Of a stretch of 64,000 nucleotides of DNA, positions 34,535 to 44,178 are shown in pieces (position 1 is the stretch's first letter; each line of letters opens with the position of its first letter). The stretch is from contig JACQWO010000092.1 in the NCBI GenBank assembly GCA_016209225.1, positions 24,511-88,510 on the forward strand. Direction: 5' to 3'. Both the position numbers and the translations under genes were made by a program. A model generated the notes under the pieces. The model was not told where the DNA came from, searched no databases, and worked only from the letters and a program-made list of their open reading frames with translations. This stretch comes from Desulfobacterales bacterium (lineage in GTDB: Bacteria; Desulfobacterota; UBA8473).

Positions 34535-37500
34535 TCATTCTTTTTTGAGCTCTCTCCCTTTCCATAGCATATAAATGGCCGGATATATCGCCAGTTCAAG
34601 AATAGTGGATGTAATTACCCCGCCTACCATGGGAGCGGCGATCCGTTTCATTACATCCGCTCCTGTGCCGTGGCTGAACATGATGGGAATAAGACCTGCT
34701 AAGATAACGCTTACGGTCATAATCTTAGGACGTATCCTCTTGACTGCGCCGTACATTACAGATTCCCTGAGATCAGCCTGACTTCGCAACCTGCCTTCCT
34801 GACGCCATTTCTCATGGGCGATGTCAAGATAGAGGAGCATTACGACCCCGGTTTCCGCGTCTAAACCCGCCAGGGCGATGATCCCCACCCATACGGCAAT
34901 GCTCATATTATAATTGAGGAGATATAGCAGCCAGAATGAGCCGACAAGCGAAAAGGGCACGGCTAAAAGAACGATCACTGTTTTAGTTATGCTCTTTGTG
35001 TTGAAAAAGATAAGCACAAAGATAATGAGCGCGGTAAGCGGGACAACCATCTTTAATCTGTCATGCGTTTTTACCAGATACTCGTACTCCCCGCTCCATT
35101 CCAGACGGTATCCTGAAGGTATATTTACGGAGGCGACCCGTTTCTTCGCGTCATCCACGTAACCGCCCACATCCCTGCCGGAAAAATCCAGATAGACGTA
35201 TAACGACAGCAGCCCGGCTTCACTCTTTATACCCGTTGGCCCTTTAATGATCCTGATATCTGCTAACTGTCCAATCGGAACCTGAACAAGGGAAGGGGAG
35301 CCGGCAGAAGTGTCCCCCATGCCGCCACCGGCGGATTGTCCACCCATCCTCACAGGCACCAGTACCCGCTTCAGTTTCTCCACATCATTCCGCAATTCCC
35401 GCGCATACCTCACATTGACTGGATAACGCTCTCGTCCCTCAACGGTGATAGTCAGGTTCATCCCTCCCACCGCCGCCTGAATAACTTCCTGAACGTCATC
35501 GACGCTCAATCCGTAGCGGGCGATTTCTTCACGTTTGATATTGAAATCCATGAAGTATCCCGTAGTCAGCCGTTCCGCATAGGCGCTTCTGGTGCCGGGG
35601 ACATCCTTCACCACATTTTCTATCTCCTTGCCTATTCTCTCCAATTCATCAATGCGGGGGCCCAGGACCTTGATACCCACAGGCGTCCTGATGCCCGTAG
35701 AGAGCATGTCGGTCCGCGCCTTGATAGGCATGGTAAAGGAATTGGCCACCCCCGGTATGGTCAGGACGTCATTCATCTCGCTTTTCAGGGCTTCTACGGT
35801 CATGCCCTTGCGCCACTCGGATTCCGGTTTCAGATTGATGACCGTCTCAAACATCTCCAGCGGCGCCGGATCGGTGGCCGTCTCTGCCCGGCCGCTCTTG
35901 CCGAATACCTGAGCCACTTCAGGGATCTTCATTAATATCCTGTCCATCATCTTGAGCAGACGGGAAACCTCGGTGATGGAAGCGGCGGGTACGGTAACGG
36001 GCATATAAAAGAGCGTGCCTTCATAGAGGGGCGGCATGAATTCCGACCCTAACTTCATAAAGGGATAGGCCGTCAGTGCCATGACGATCACGGCAAGAAA
36101 AATTACGGTTTTACGGAAGCGCAGGGAAAAATGAGCCACGGGTTCGTAAAGCTTGCGGAGTATGATGCTGATGGGGTTTTTATCCTCATGCTTGATATTG
36201 CCTTTGATAAAGATTGTCATCAGCACCGGGGTCAATGTAACGGCGAGAAAGGAGGAAAATAGCATAGCAAAGGTTTTTGTATAGGCAAGGGGTTTGAAAA
36301 GCCTTCCGGCCTGGGCCTGGAGGGTGAAAACGGGCAGGAAACCCACACTGATAACGAGAAGAGCAAAGAAAAGCGACGGCCCCACCTCCTTGGCGGCCTC
36401 GATGATAACATCTGTGCGGTTTCCTGGTCGGCCCTTTTCTTCCCACTCCTCAAGCTTTTTGTGGGCGTTTTCCACCATGATGATTGAGGCGTCCACCATG
36501 GCGCCGATAGCGATGGCAATCCCGCTCAGACTGATGATATTTGACGTGACACCTAAATAATACATGCATATAAAGGAAATGATAATGGCAATGGGCAGCG
36601 TGAGAATGACCACTAAAGCGCTGGGCAGATGAAACAAAAATACGATGCAGACGACGCTTACGGCAATCGCCAGCTTGATGATCTCTTCCTTGAGGGTATC
36701 AATGGAACGCCGAATCAGGTCGGAGCGGTCATAGGTGGTGACGATCTCCACGCCCTTAGGGAGACTGGGCGCGATATTTGTTTTTATCTTTTCTTTGACC
36801 CTGTCGATCACGTCGAGGACGTTTTCTCCAAATCTGACAACGACAATCCCTGCCGCCACTTCACCTTTGCCGTCTAAATCCGCCAATCCCCTTCGTATCT
36901 CCGGGCCAATCCTCACGGTGGCTACATCTTTCAACAGGACGGGTGTGCCAAGTCCGTTGCCGCCCACGGAAATATTTTCCAAATCTTTCAAACCTTTTAT
37001 ATAGCCGCGCCCTCGTATCATGTATTCAATGCCGGAAAACTCCAGCACCCGTCCTTCCACGTCGCGGTTACTCTTCCTTACCGCCTCCATCACGGACATG
37101 AGAGGTATATTGAAGGCTAAAAGCCTGTTGGGATCGATAGTTATCTGATATTGCTTGACAAATCCCCCCAGGCTGGCCACCTGGGAAACGCCCGGCACGC
37201 TTTCGAGAGCCAGCTTAATGTTGTAGTCCTGGAGGCTGCGGAGCTCTGCCAGATTGTGCTTGCCCGTCTTGTCTACAACGGCATAGGAAAAGCCCCAACC
37301 GACGCTCGTAGCATCCGGGCCGAGTACGGGATTGACATCCGAGGGAATTTTGGACTTCACGGCCTGAAGATATTCCAGCACCCGGCTTCTCGCCCAATAG
37401 ATATCCGTGCCTTCATCGAAAATCACATAGATAAAGGAACTTCCCAAGAAAGAAAATCCCCGGACAAACTGAACCTTCGGCGCCGCAAGCAATGTGGACG

Positions 37501-37708
37501 ATATGGGATAGGTTATCTGGTCTTCCACCAAATCGGGGCTTCTGCCCGCCCATTCCGTATAGATGATTACCTGAGTATCGCTTAGATCGGGAATTGCATC
37601 AAGGGGGGTTTTCTTCAATGCCCAGTATCCCCAGATGGCAAGGAAGGCAACTAAGAGAAAGATGATGAATTTATTGCGTGCACTGTAATCAATGATTTTA
37701 GCGATCAT
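34535..37708 (-). CDS. cusA: CusA/CzcA-family heavy-metal efflux RND permease
   Basis: Start set at Met46 (MIAKIIDYSARNKF) of the 1102-aa track ORF, because the upstream extension reads through a MITE-like element. Transmembrane and periplasmic-domain architecture fits. Confidence 0.9.
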   Translation of the reverse strand: MIAKIIDYSARNKFIIFLLVAFLAIWGYWALKKTPLDAIPDLSDTQVIIYTEWAGRSPDLVEDQITYPISSTLLAAPKVQFVRGFSFLGSSFIYVIFDEGTDIYWARSRVLEYLQAVKSKIPSDVNPVLGPDATSVGWGFSYAVVDKTGKHNLAELRSLQDYNIKLALESVPGVSQVASLGGFVKQYQITIDPNRLLAFNIPLMSVMEAVRKSNRDVEGRVLEFSGIEYMIRGRGYIKGLKDLENISVGGNGLGTPVLLKDVATVRIGPEIRRGLADLDGKGEVAAGIVVVRFGENVLDVIDRVKEKIKTNIAPSLPKGVEIVTTYDRSDLIRRSIDTLKEEIIKLAIAVSVVCIVFLFHLPSALVVILTLPIAIIISFICMYYLGVTSNIISLSGIAIAIGAMVDASIIMVENAHKKLEEWEEKGRPGNRTDVIIEAAKEVGPSLFFALLVISVGFLPVFTLQAQAGRLFKPLAYTKTFAMLFSSFLAVTLTPVLMTIFIKGNIKHEDKNPISIILRKLYEPVAHFSLRFRKTVIFLAVIVMALTAYPFMKLGSEFMPPLYEGTLFYMPVTVPAASITEVSRLLKMMDRILMKIPEVAQVFGKSGRAETATDPAPLEMFETVINLKPESEWRKGMTVEALKSEMNDVLTIPGVANSFTMPIKARTDMLSTGIRTPVGIKVLGPRIDELERIGKEIENVVKDVPGTRSAYAERLTTGYFMDFNIKREEIARYGLSVDDVQEVIQAAVGGMNLTITVEGRERYPVNVRYARELRNDVEKLKRVLVPVRMGGQSAGGGMGDTSAGSPSLVQVPIGQLADIRIIKGPTGIKSEAGLLSLYVYLDFSGRDVGGYVDDAKKRVASVNIPSGYRLEWSGEYEYLVKTHDRLKMVVPLTALIIFVLIFFNTKSITKTVIVLLAVPFSLVGSFWLLYLLNYNMSIAVWVGIIALAGLDAETGVVMLLYLDIAHEKWRQEGRLRSQADLRESVMYGAVKRIRPKIMTVSVILAGLIPIMFSHGTGADVMKRIAAPMVGGVITSTILELAIYPAIYMLWKGRELKKE

Positions 37709-37726
37709 TATTATCCTTATGCAGTT

Positions 37727-37908
37727 GTGACTACTCACGTAGTCAGGCTGAAGCTGTTTAGACTGAAGGCTGAAGGAATCCGAAAAGCACGATTGAAGCG
37801 CTTTGGTGGAGAGAGAGGATTCACACACCAAACACGACTTCAAAATGAGCCGTATTCCCGTTTCGACTAACAGCCTTCAGCCTACAGCCTAAACACCTGA
37901 GTAGTTAC
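37727..37908. repeat. MITE-like hairpin element with GTGACTACTCACG...CCTGAGTAGTTAC termini and a GGCTGAAG-unit interior (variant of the 4783/27773 family)
   Basis: It shares the 13-nt termini but has a different interior. It lies in the cusA leader. Confidence 0.5.
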
Positions 37909-37928
37909 ATTAACTCATAACTCATAAC

Positions 37929-39182
37929 CTACGGTTTGCGCCTCATGGGCAAGGGTGCAACGCCCTTCAACTGCGCTTCCGAATCAATGAGGAAATTGGC
38001 CGAGACGGCAACCTTTTCCCCCGTTTTGATGCCTCTGATAATTTCCACCGCATCTTCCGTCCGCAACCCCAGCATTACCTCCCGCGGTTCAAAGTTACCC
38101 TCGCCCTTATCCACGTAAACAATCTGTCTCACCCCTGTATCAATAACCGCCTCAGCAGGTATAGTAAGCCTATTTCCCAGGTTAATCCTGATTTCCACGT
38201 TGGTAAACATCTGGGGCTTAAGAACACCTTCGGGATTGGGAATCGTAAACCTCACCTTAGCGGTTCTGGTCTCACCGGCTAAGGCGGGATAGACATAATC
38301 TATCCGTGAAGAGAATTCCCTCCCGGGAAAATAGCTGAGACCAATCCTGGCGGTTTGCCCAACCTTGATGAAAGGCAATTCATATTCGTAGATATCGGCC
38401 ATGACCCAAAGGGTGGACAGATCGGCCACATCGAAGAGTTTTTCCCCTGGCATAACACGCATTCCCTGGAGTGCCATCTTCTGGACAACAAAACCGCTGA
38501 CCGGGCTGTAGACGGTAAGAGTCCTTAGCGGCTTGCCCGATCTTTCGATCATTGCTATCTGCTCATCGCTGATATCCCAAAGCCGCAACCTTGCTTTGGA
38601 CGCCTCAAGAATCGCCTGTGAGTCTTTGGTCAGCAGCATGGCGGTACGCTCGTCTTTCACCTCTTTACTTTGATTTGCCCACCGCAGGGTATTGATAAAC
38701 TCCTGCTGAGTCGCTACCAGCTCCGGGCTGTAAATCTCGGCTAAGGGTTCTCCTTTTTTCACGTAGCGTCCTGTGTAATCCACATAGAGCTTTTCAATCC
38801 ATCCCTCGACCTTGGTATTGACCGTGGCCAGTTTTCTCTCATCGTACTCGATGCGTCCCACCGTGCGAATCAACCTGTTCATGGCTTTTACCGAGGCTTT
38901 AACAGTTTTGACACCGATCAACTGCTGCTTGTCCTCCGGTATCTCCACGGTCGGTGCCTCTCTCTCGGTTTTTCCGGCGCTTTCCATATCCGCTTCAGTC
39001 TCCGTAACGGCAACGCTTCCTCCGTGCTGATGCGCCTTATCCACCGGCGCAACTTTGGCTGTCTTGACAATCCCTACCTTTTCTGCAATTTTTTTCCATG
39101 TCCCGGCAGGAACGAAATAATAAGAGAGGACAACGCCCGCAATAAGCAGGCAAATGACAATAATTATTATTTTTCTTCTCAT
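37929..39182 (-). CDS. cusB: Efflux RND periplasmic adaptor subunit (CusB-like)
   Basis: 417 aa; N-terminal TM helix and HlyD-family lipoyl/beta-barrel segments. Confidence 0.85.
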   Translation of the reverse strand: MRRKIIIIVICLLIAGVVLSYYFVPAGTWKKIAEKVGIVKTAKVAPVDKAHQHGGSVAVTETEADMESAGKTEREAPTVEIPEDKQQLIGVKTVKASVKAMNRLIRTVGRIEYDERKLATVNTKVEGWIEKLYVDYTGRYVKKGEPLAEIYSPELVATQQEFINTLRWANQSKEVKDERTAMLLTKDSQAILEASKARLRLWDISDEQIAMIERSGKPLRTLTVYSPVSGFVVQKMALQGMRVMPGEKLFDVADLSTLWVMADIYEYELPFIKVGQTARIGLSYFPGREFSSRIDYVYPALAGETRTAKVRFTIPNPEGVLKPQMFTNVEIRINLGNRLTIPAEAVIDTGVRQIVYVDKGEGNFEPREVMLGLRTEDAVEIIRGIKTGEKVAVSANFLIDSEAQLKGVAPLPMRRKP

Positions 39183-40486
39183 TTTGTGACTCCCTCATCC
39201 ATAATTCCTGCTATCCCTTCCATCCTGGCTATAGCCTTAGCCCTTTCCACAAACTGTCCCCAGTATAGCATCTCGTTGTCAATCAGTGGTTTCAGCCTGG
39301 TGACGACGGTTATCGCCTCAACTTTACCGGTGACATAACCGGCCAGGGCCAATTCAAAATCCTGATAGGCCTTGGGAATCAAGCCGTCTTTATACAATGC
39401 CATCAATGAATCAGTGGCTTTCAGCATGGCGTAGTTATCCCGCAGGGCAGACGCTGCCATCAGCTTTGACGCTTCAACTTCCTTCCTTGCTTCCAGGAGG
39501 GAAGCCTCGGCCTCCAAAACAGCCTGTTCCTGTTTTTTCTTGTAATAAAGGGGCACATTAACCGTTGCTGTCAGACTCCACATGTCCGGGAATTGGGAAC
39601 TTCTGGCAAAATAATTGGCACCTAAAGTAACATCGGGATAATATTCCCTTTTCGCCATCGCCACCTTGGCCTGGGCTGCACCGATCATCTTTTCCCGTGA
39701 TTTTATGAGTGGAGATTTTTCATAGGACATCTTGATCAGTTCATCCAGCCCTTGCCTGTAAGGGAAATAGGTGAGCTTTTCCGGTCTGCCGTCGAGCGGC
39801 GCGCTTGTCTCCCTGCCCAGAGCGTTGCCCAGCATGGCTTTAAGGGATTGGATCTTCTGTTTGTACATTTCTTCCCTTTCCAGAAGCATGTATTTCTCCG
39901 TCTGTGCCATCAACACCTCCTGTTGCTGCGCCATGCCGGAGGCGTAACGGGCAAACGCCGCATCCTCGGTCCGGGAAAAAAGGGCTGCCTTATCCCTCAG
40001 CAGATCAATATTGGTATAGGCTAATAAGAGGTCATAGTACAGTTCCTTAACCCGAACAATTGTATTCAAGCGGGCGGCATCAACCAGGTCTTTCAGACTT
40101 GCCGCATCCCGAGAGGCCATCTCTCCCTTTAAGGCAAGTTTCCCAGGATAGGGAAGCATCTGAGAAAAAGAGAACATCCAGCGGGAGTCGGCAGGCATAC
40201 CCTTGGTTTCCCCGCCGAAGGTATACAGGCTGTCGGTGCCTTCATTCTCATACCCCATCATAACCATGGGATCGGCAAGACTCGTGGCCTGAGGTATCCT
40301 GTGCTCTGAGGCCCTGGTCCTGGCCGCTGAGAGATGGATCTCCGGATTGTTTTTGATCGCTTCCTGAATCAGGTCCTGGAGTTTCAACGTCTCCTCCGCG
40401 GCTAAGACCTTTGCACCTGTCAGGAGGAGGACAGAGAAGATGAAGAAAAAAACACGTGAACACGCGCCGCTCTGCTTGATAGCCAT
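39179..40486 (-). CDS. cusC: TolC-family outer-membrane efflux protein (CusC/CzcC-like)
   Basis: 435 aa; signal peptide and duplicated OEP repeats; 4-nt overlap with cusB. Confidence 0.85.
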   Translation of the reverse strand: MAIKQSGACSRVFFFIFSVLLLTGAKVLAAEETLKLQDLIQEAIKNNPEIHLSAARTRASEHRIPQATSLADPMVMMGYENEGTDSLYTFGGETKGMPADSRWMFSFSQMLPYPGKLALKGEMASRDAASLKDLVDAARLNTIVRVKELYYDLLLAYTNIDLLRDKAALFSRTEDAAFARYASGMAQQQEVLMAQTEKYMLLEREEMYKQKIQSLKAMLGNALGRETSAPLDGRPEKLTYFPYRQGLDELIKMSYEKSPLIKSREKMIGAAQAKVAMAKREYYPDVTLGANYFARSSQFPDMWSLTATVNVPLYYKKKQEQAVLEAEASLLEARKEVEASKLMAASALRDNYAMLKATDSLMALYKDGLIPKAYQDFELALAGYVTGKVEAITVVTRLKPLIDNEMLYWGQFVERAKAIARMEGIAGIMDEGVTK

Positions 40487-40490
40487 CTTC

Positions 40491-40880
40491 CTACCTCACA
40501 TCAATATTGAACTTAGCCTGGGTTTTTTTGTTGCCACGGCTTATTTTAACAATCGTATCCCATGCCCCGGACATGGAATAGTTCAGTTTTGCCTGATATT
40601 TACTACCCTTTAACTTTGCATCAGCCTTGTATCGCATGGCCGGCATACCGGGCATGGCCGGCATGGAATACTCTACGGAAACCTTGGCATCCGTGACATC
40701 GGAGCCGCCCTTATCCTTAATAGCAACCGAAAGTTTATTATCGCCGGTAACGGGGGGATTCCTGTCAATTTTTATTGTAACGGTGTAATCACCAGCCTTC
40801 TTTGTCACCTCAAAGTCCTTGGCCATAGCCAATCCTGTCATCATAAAAACCACTAACACCGCTAAAACTAATTTTTTCAT
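40491..40880 (-). CDS. Met-rich periplasmic protein; putative copper chaperone of CusF-like function
   Basis: 129 aa; signal peptide plus MPAMPGMPAM; first gene of the cus operon. Confidence 0.5.
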   Translation of the reverse strand: MKKLVLAVLVVFMMTGLAMAKDFEVTKKAGDYTVTIKIDRNPPVTGDNKLSVAIKDKGGSDVTDAKVSVEYSMPAMPGMPAMRYKADAKLKGSKYQAKLNYSMSGAWDTIVKISRGNKKTQAKFNIDVR

Positions 40881-40926
40881 TGTATAGTCTCCTTTCCATT
40901 ATATAATTATAAATTATCAACGGTTA

Positions 40927-40954
40927 ATTATACAACCCTTCGCTTATCTGTCAA
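40927..40954 (-). promoter_or_regulatory. Predicted sigma-70 promoter for the cus operon (TTGACA-16-TATAAT on the minus strand)
   Basis: Perfect hexamers, preceded by a short hairpin plus T-run after the ygiQ stop. Confidence 0.45.
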
Positions 40955-40981
40955 TTAAAAAGGCCCCACAGTGCTGTGTCA

Positions 40982-42619
40982 TCAAAATTCAAAGCTTACC
41001 ATATCTTTACGGCAACACAGTTCTTTTATCTTTTTCTCCGTTTCAATGGGTCTCATGGAAGAGTTAATGCCAGTATAATACATGGCTGTAGAAAGTGTTC
41101 CAGGACTTGGGGTAAAGATCTGCACATCAGTATGTCTTAGGCCCAGTGCCCTCAATTTTTTTTTCATTTCCAGGACATCACGGATACTTTCTCCAGGATG
41201 TCCAACAATAATATAGGATGCCAGTTCGATCCTGCGTTTTAGTCTTTTATTGATTGAGCGAAACAGATTCACAAACTCTTCAAGGATAGTAAAAGGGGGT
41301 TTCCTCATCAGTTGCAAGACCGCATCTTCAGTGTGTTCCGGAGCGATACGCAGGGATTTACCGGCATGATGGAGCATAATTTCCTCCAGCACCTCGGGAT
41401 ATCTCACCAGGACATCATGGCGAAGGCCAGAACCCAGAAATATTTTCTTGACCCCATCTACTCTTCTGCATATCCTTAATAGTTCTATGTATGACTTCAC
41501 CGGAGAAAAGAATTTACAAGGTACGGGATAGAGGCATGACGGCTTCTTGCATGAATGTCTTTTGCAGGTGACTTCGTACATTTCAGCAGATGCGCCACCG
41601 ATATCTGAAATGTATCCCTGCCACAGGGGATGACTTGTAAGCTCGACTACCTCGTTTACAATCGATTCCCTGGATCGTGAAACAATCTTTCTTCCCTGGT
41701 GAGGAGCTATAGAGCAGAAGGAACAACCACCGCAGCAGCCTCGATGTGAGGTTACAGAAAAGAGATTCATTTGAAGGGCAGGCGAAAGGCTGGAGTGTCT
41801 CAGGTGTTTGCGGGAGTAAACTTGTCCGTATATCCGGTCAATATCCGAGGGGTGATACTCCTCAGGTCTGTGTGCCACAACATAACGGTCTCCGTGTTTC
41901 TGAGCCACCCCATTTCCTGCGGATATAGCCCTTTCCAGTGTGATCTGCATTTCTATCAATGCAAACCTGTCAGATTGTACTGATTCAAAGGAGGGCAATT
42001 CTACAAAACCCTTCTCTGCGGGGAATTGACTGTACATCCTGGCGATTCCAGGGATAGTGAGCTTTTGCACAGGGTTGCCTTTTTTAAGGAAGTGGGCGAT
42101 TGAAACGAGCTGCTTCTCGCCCATGCCGATGACTGCTATATCAGCTTTTGAATCGGCCAGAATAGAACGCCTGATCTTGTCTTGCTGAAAATCGTAATGG
42201 GAGAAAAGGCGAAGTGAGGCTTCAAGACCTCCAATTATAATGGGAACATCTTTGAATACCTCTCTGATACGGTTGGCAAAGACCACAGCGGTACGATCCG
42301 GTCTGATCTTGTGGCTGATGGAAGGCGGTGTCCCCTCAAAATATGCCTGCCCACTGACCTGATAGAGGTCATCTTTTCGCCTCTTTCGAGACGAGGTATA
42401 GTTTAATACTATGGAGTCAACAGGGCCCGAAATGATGCCGAAAAAGAGACGGGGTCTGCCAAGTATAGTAAAGGATTCGCTTTTCTGCCAAAATGGGGTT
42501 TCAATACTCCCTACTCGAAAGCCTTCAATCTCCAGTGCCTTTTTTAGAATCCCTTCAGGAAAAGAGGGATGATCGGAAAATGGATAAGGAAGTACAAGGA
42601 TAACATCATATGAAGACAT
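40982..42619 (-). CDS. ygiQ: YgiQ-family radical SAM protein (UPF0313)
   Basis: 545 aa; radical SAM CCGGCSFC (Cx3Cx2C) plus the N-terminal YgiQ-type domain. Confidence 0.8.
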   Translation of the reverse strand: MSSYDVILVLPYPFSDHPSFPEGILKKALEIEGFRVGSIETPFWQKSESFTILGRPRLFFGIISGPVDSIVLNYTSSRKRRKDDLYQVSGQAYFEGTPPSISHKIRPDRTAVVFANRIREVFKDVPIIIGGLEASLRLFSHYDFQQDKIRRSILADSKADIAVIGMGEKQLVSIAHFLKKGNPVQKLTIPGIARMYSQFPAEKGFVELPSFESVQSDRFALIEMQITLERAISAGNGVAQKHGDRYVVAHRPEEYHPSDIDRIYGQVYSRKHLRHSSLSPALQMNLFSVTSHRGCCGGCSFCSIAPHQGRKIVSRSRESIVNEVVELTSHPLWQGYISDIGGASAEMYEVTCKRHSCKKPSCLYPVPCKFFSPVKSYIELLRICRRVDGVKKIFLGSGLRHDVLVRYPEVLEEIMLHHAGKSLRIAPEHTEDAVLQLMRKPPFTILEEFVNLFRSINKRLKRRIELASYIIVGHPGESIRDVLEMKKKLRALGLRHTDVQIFTPSPGTLSTAMYYTGINSSMRPIETEKKIKELCCRKDMVSFEF

Positions 42620-42686
42620 GTGTATATTTTATAGCAATCAACATGCAAAGGGAAGGGTAAACTATTCGACTCTGATCAAAACCCAG

Positions 42687-42809
42687 TTATGAGAGCTTTG
42701 CAAAAGCCCCCCTTTCCGCTTCTTTGAATCTTCTATAAGCAGCCTTAGTTTGTTGCTCGTCATCCTTCACAAGGAATCGAACCAATACATTAGTGTCCAA
42801 TGCCTTCAT
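42687..42809 (-). pseudogene. Truncated vapC (PIN toxin) with only the first 40 codons left, ending inside a partial GAGAGCTTTGAA MITE copy
   Basis: MKALDTNVLVRFLVKDDEQQTKAAYRRFKEAE then RGAFAKLS* encoded by MITE-end sequence. Confidence 0.55.
42691..42730. repeat. Partial (left-end) copy of the GAGAGCTTTGAA-TIR MITE
   Basis: gagagctttgcaaaagcccccctttccgcttc versus the consensus gagagctttgaaaaattacccctttt cgcttc. Confidence 0.45.
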
Positions 42810-42853
42810 TTGAAACTCTCTTGCATTTTCTGTCTTATAACGGAATCCACTTC

Positions 42854-43054
42854 CTAAATGGAAACGGGCTTCCTTCCATGCTTGTATAACCTTCCAAAGA
42901 CATCATCGACCTTCTTGGTAACAGGCTTAAAAAGAGCTTCTCCGTTTTCATTGATGACGAATTCAAGCTTATTTCCTGGGTGTAATCCCATGGAGTCCCT
43001 AACTTCTTTCAGAATTGTTGCCTGCCCCTTGTTTGTCAGAGTAGCCAATGCCAT
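42854..43054 (-). CDS. vapB: AbrB/MazE-family antitoxin (VapB-like)
   Basis: 66 aa; KGQATILKEVRDSMGLHPGNKLEFVINENGEALFKP is a SpoVT/AbrB swapped-hairpin motif. Confidence 0.7.
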   Translation of the reverse strand: MALATLTNKGQATILKEVRDSMGLHPGNKLEFVINENGEALFKPVTKKVDDVFGRLYKHGRKPVSI

Positions 43055-43249
43055 AAGAAACAGTCAATCCATTTTTTGCATAACGACCCTATAGAAAAAT
43101 CGACTGCCTGCCAAATAATTTATTAATTAGAAACAATGTCCCCAAGTCCACGCAGGGCGGGACACACTTCCGGTAAAAGCCACGCTATTATACGTATTAT
43201 GTATTTTATGATAATAAGCATATTATCAGGATATTTTCAAGAATAACCT

Positions 43250-43278
43250 TTGACTTTGGTCATCAATAACTATAAAAT
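43250..43278 (+). promoter_or_regulatory. Predicted sigma-70 promoter (TTGACT-17-TAAAAT) upstream of the HicB-like gene
   Basis: Hexamers and spacing as seen in the sequence. Confidence 0.4.
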
Positions 43279-43393
43279 TACACATATCTTTTCAATAGTG
43301 GTGTTTGTCAGCAGGGTAATTAAGTATTACGTGAAGCTGTAAAATAATTCCATTTTTAAGAAGATTTTTTTAGGTAGATTGTGACTTTAAAAA

Positions 43394-43711
43394 ATGATCG
43401 GAATACCTACAGGGCAACCTGGTCAGAAGACGATAATGAGTTATGTAGGCTTATGTGCCGAATTTCCCAGCCTAAGTTGGCTGGCTAAGAACCCAGAGGC
43501 AGCTCTAAAAGGAATCCGTAAATTGGTTGAAGAAGTCATAAAGGATATGAATAACGAAGGTGAAGTTGCCCCCGAACCAATCGCTTGCAGGCATTATAGT
43601 GGCAAATTCATGGTGCGGGTTCCTCCCCAGGTTCATCAAAAACTTGCAATCCAGGCAGCCGAGTCTGGAGTCAGTCTGAACCGTCTTGCCAGTTCAAAGT
43701 TAAGTCAATAA
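43394..43711 (+). CDS. HicB-family antitoxin-like protein (orphan)
   Basis: 105 aa; UPF0150-like N-terminal half and a C-terminal RHH-like FMVRVPPQVHQKLAIQAAESGVSLNRL. Confidence 0.55.
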   Translation: MIGIPTGQPGQKTIMSYVGLCAEFPSLSWLAKNPEAALKGIRKLVEEVIKDMNNEGEVAPEPIACRHYSGKFMVRVPPQVHQKLAIQAAESGVSLNRLASSKLSQ

Positions 43712-43774
43712 AATCTATGGACAGAGTGAAGACGAGATAAGGATTGTGGAAGGTAGGATAAAGGAGTACCTCTT

Positions 43775-44149
43775 ATGAAGTACTGTCCTAATTGTGGTTC
43801 GGAGTATTTAGATGAGACCGATATATGCAGCGACTGTAATATTAGGCTCACAGGTGAGAATGAGTACCTTAAGAGGAAAGATGCTGAAGATGCTGAATTG
43901 AAGGAATTAGACAGACTTTCCAGGGTGTGCGTATTAGAGAACAGATTTGAGGGAGATGTTATAAGGGATGCACTCGAAAAAGAGGGCATTACCTTTATTA
44001 TCAGGGAGTTTAGGGACACTGCATACGATGGTCTCTTTATAACACAGTTGGGTTGGGGAGAGGTTATGGTTTCCGATGAAGAAGTAAAGAGGGCGGAAGA
44101 AACGATAGATAATATCAGGAAAGATATTGCAAAGGAAAATAAATATTAA
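43775..44149 (+). CDS. Zinc-ribbon plus DUF2007-like protein
   Basis: 124 aa; CPNCGSEY...CSDC zinc ribbon; otherwise uncharacterised. Confidence 0.4.
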   Translation: MKYCPNCGSEYLDETDICSDCNIRLTGENEYLKRKDAEDAELKELDRLSRVCVLENRFEGDVIRDALEKEGITFIIREFRDTAYDGLFITQLGWGEVMVSDEEVKRAEETIDNIRKDIAKENKY

Positions 44150-44178
44150 GTGGATGACGGCGTCTTTACCCTTGCCTC

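Noticed and set aside
37709-37843. N-terminal 45-codon extension of the cusA ORF (MKSCLVCESSLSTK...)
   Set aside because: It reads through the MITE-like hairpin element at 37727-37908. Conserved CusA begins at MIAKIIDYS (37708).
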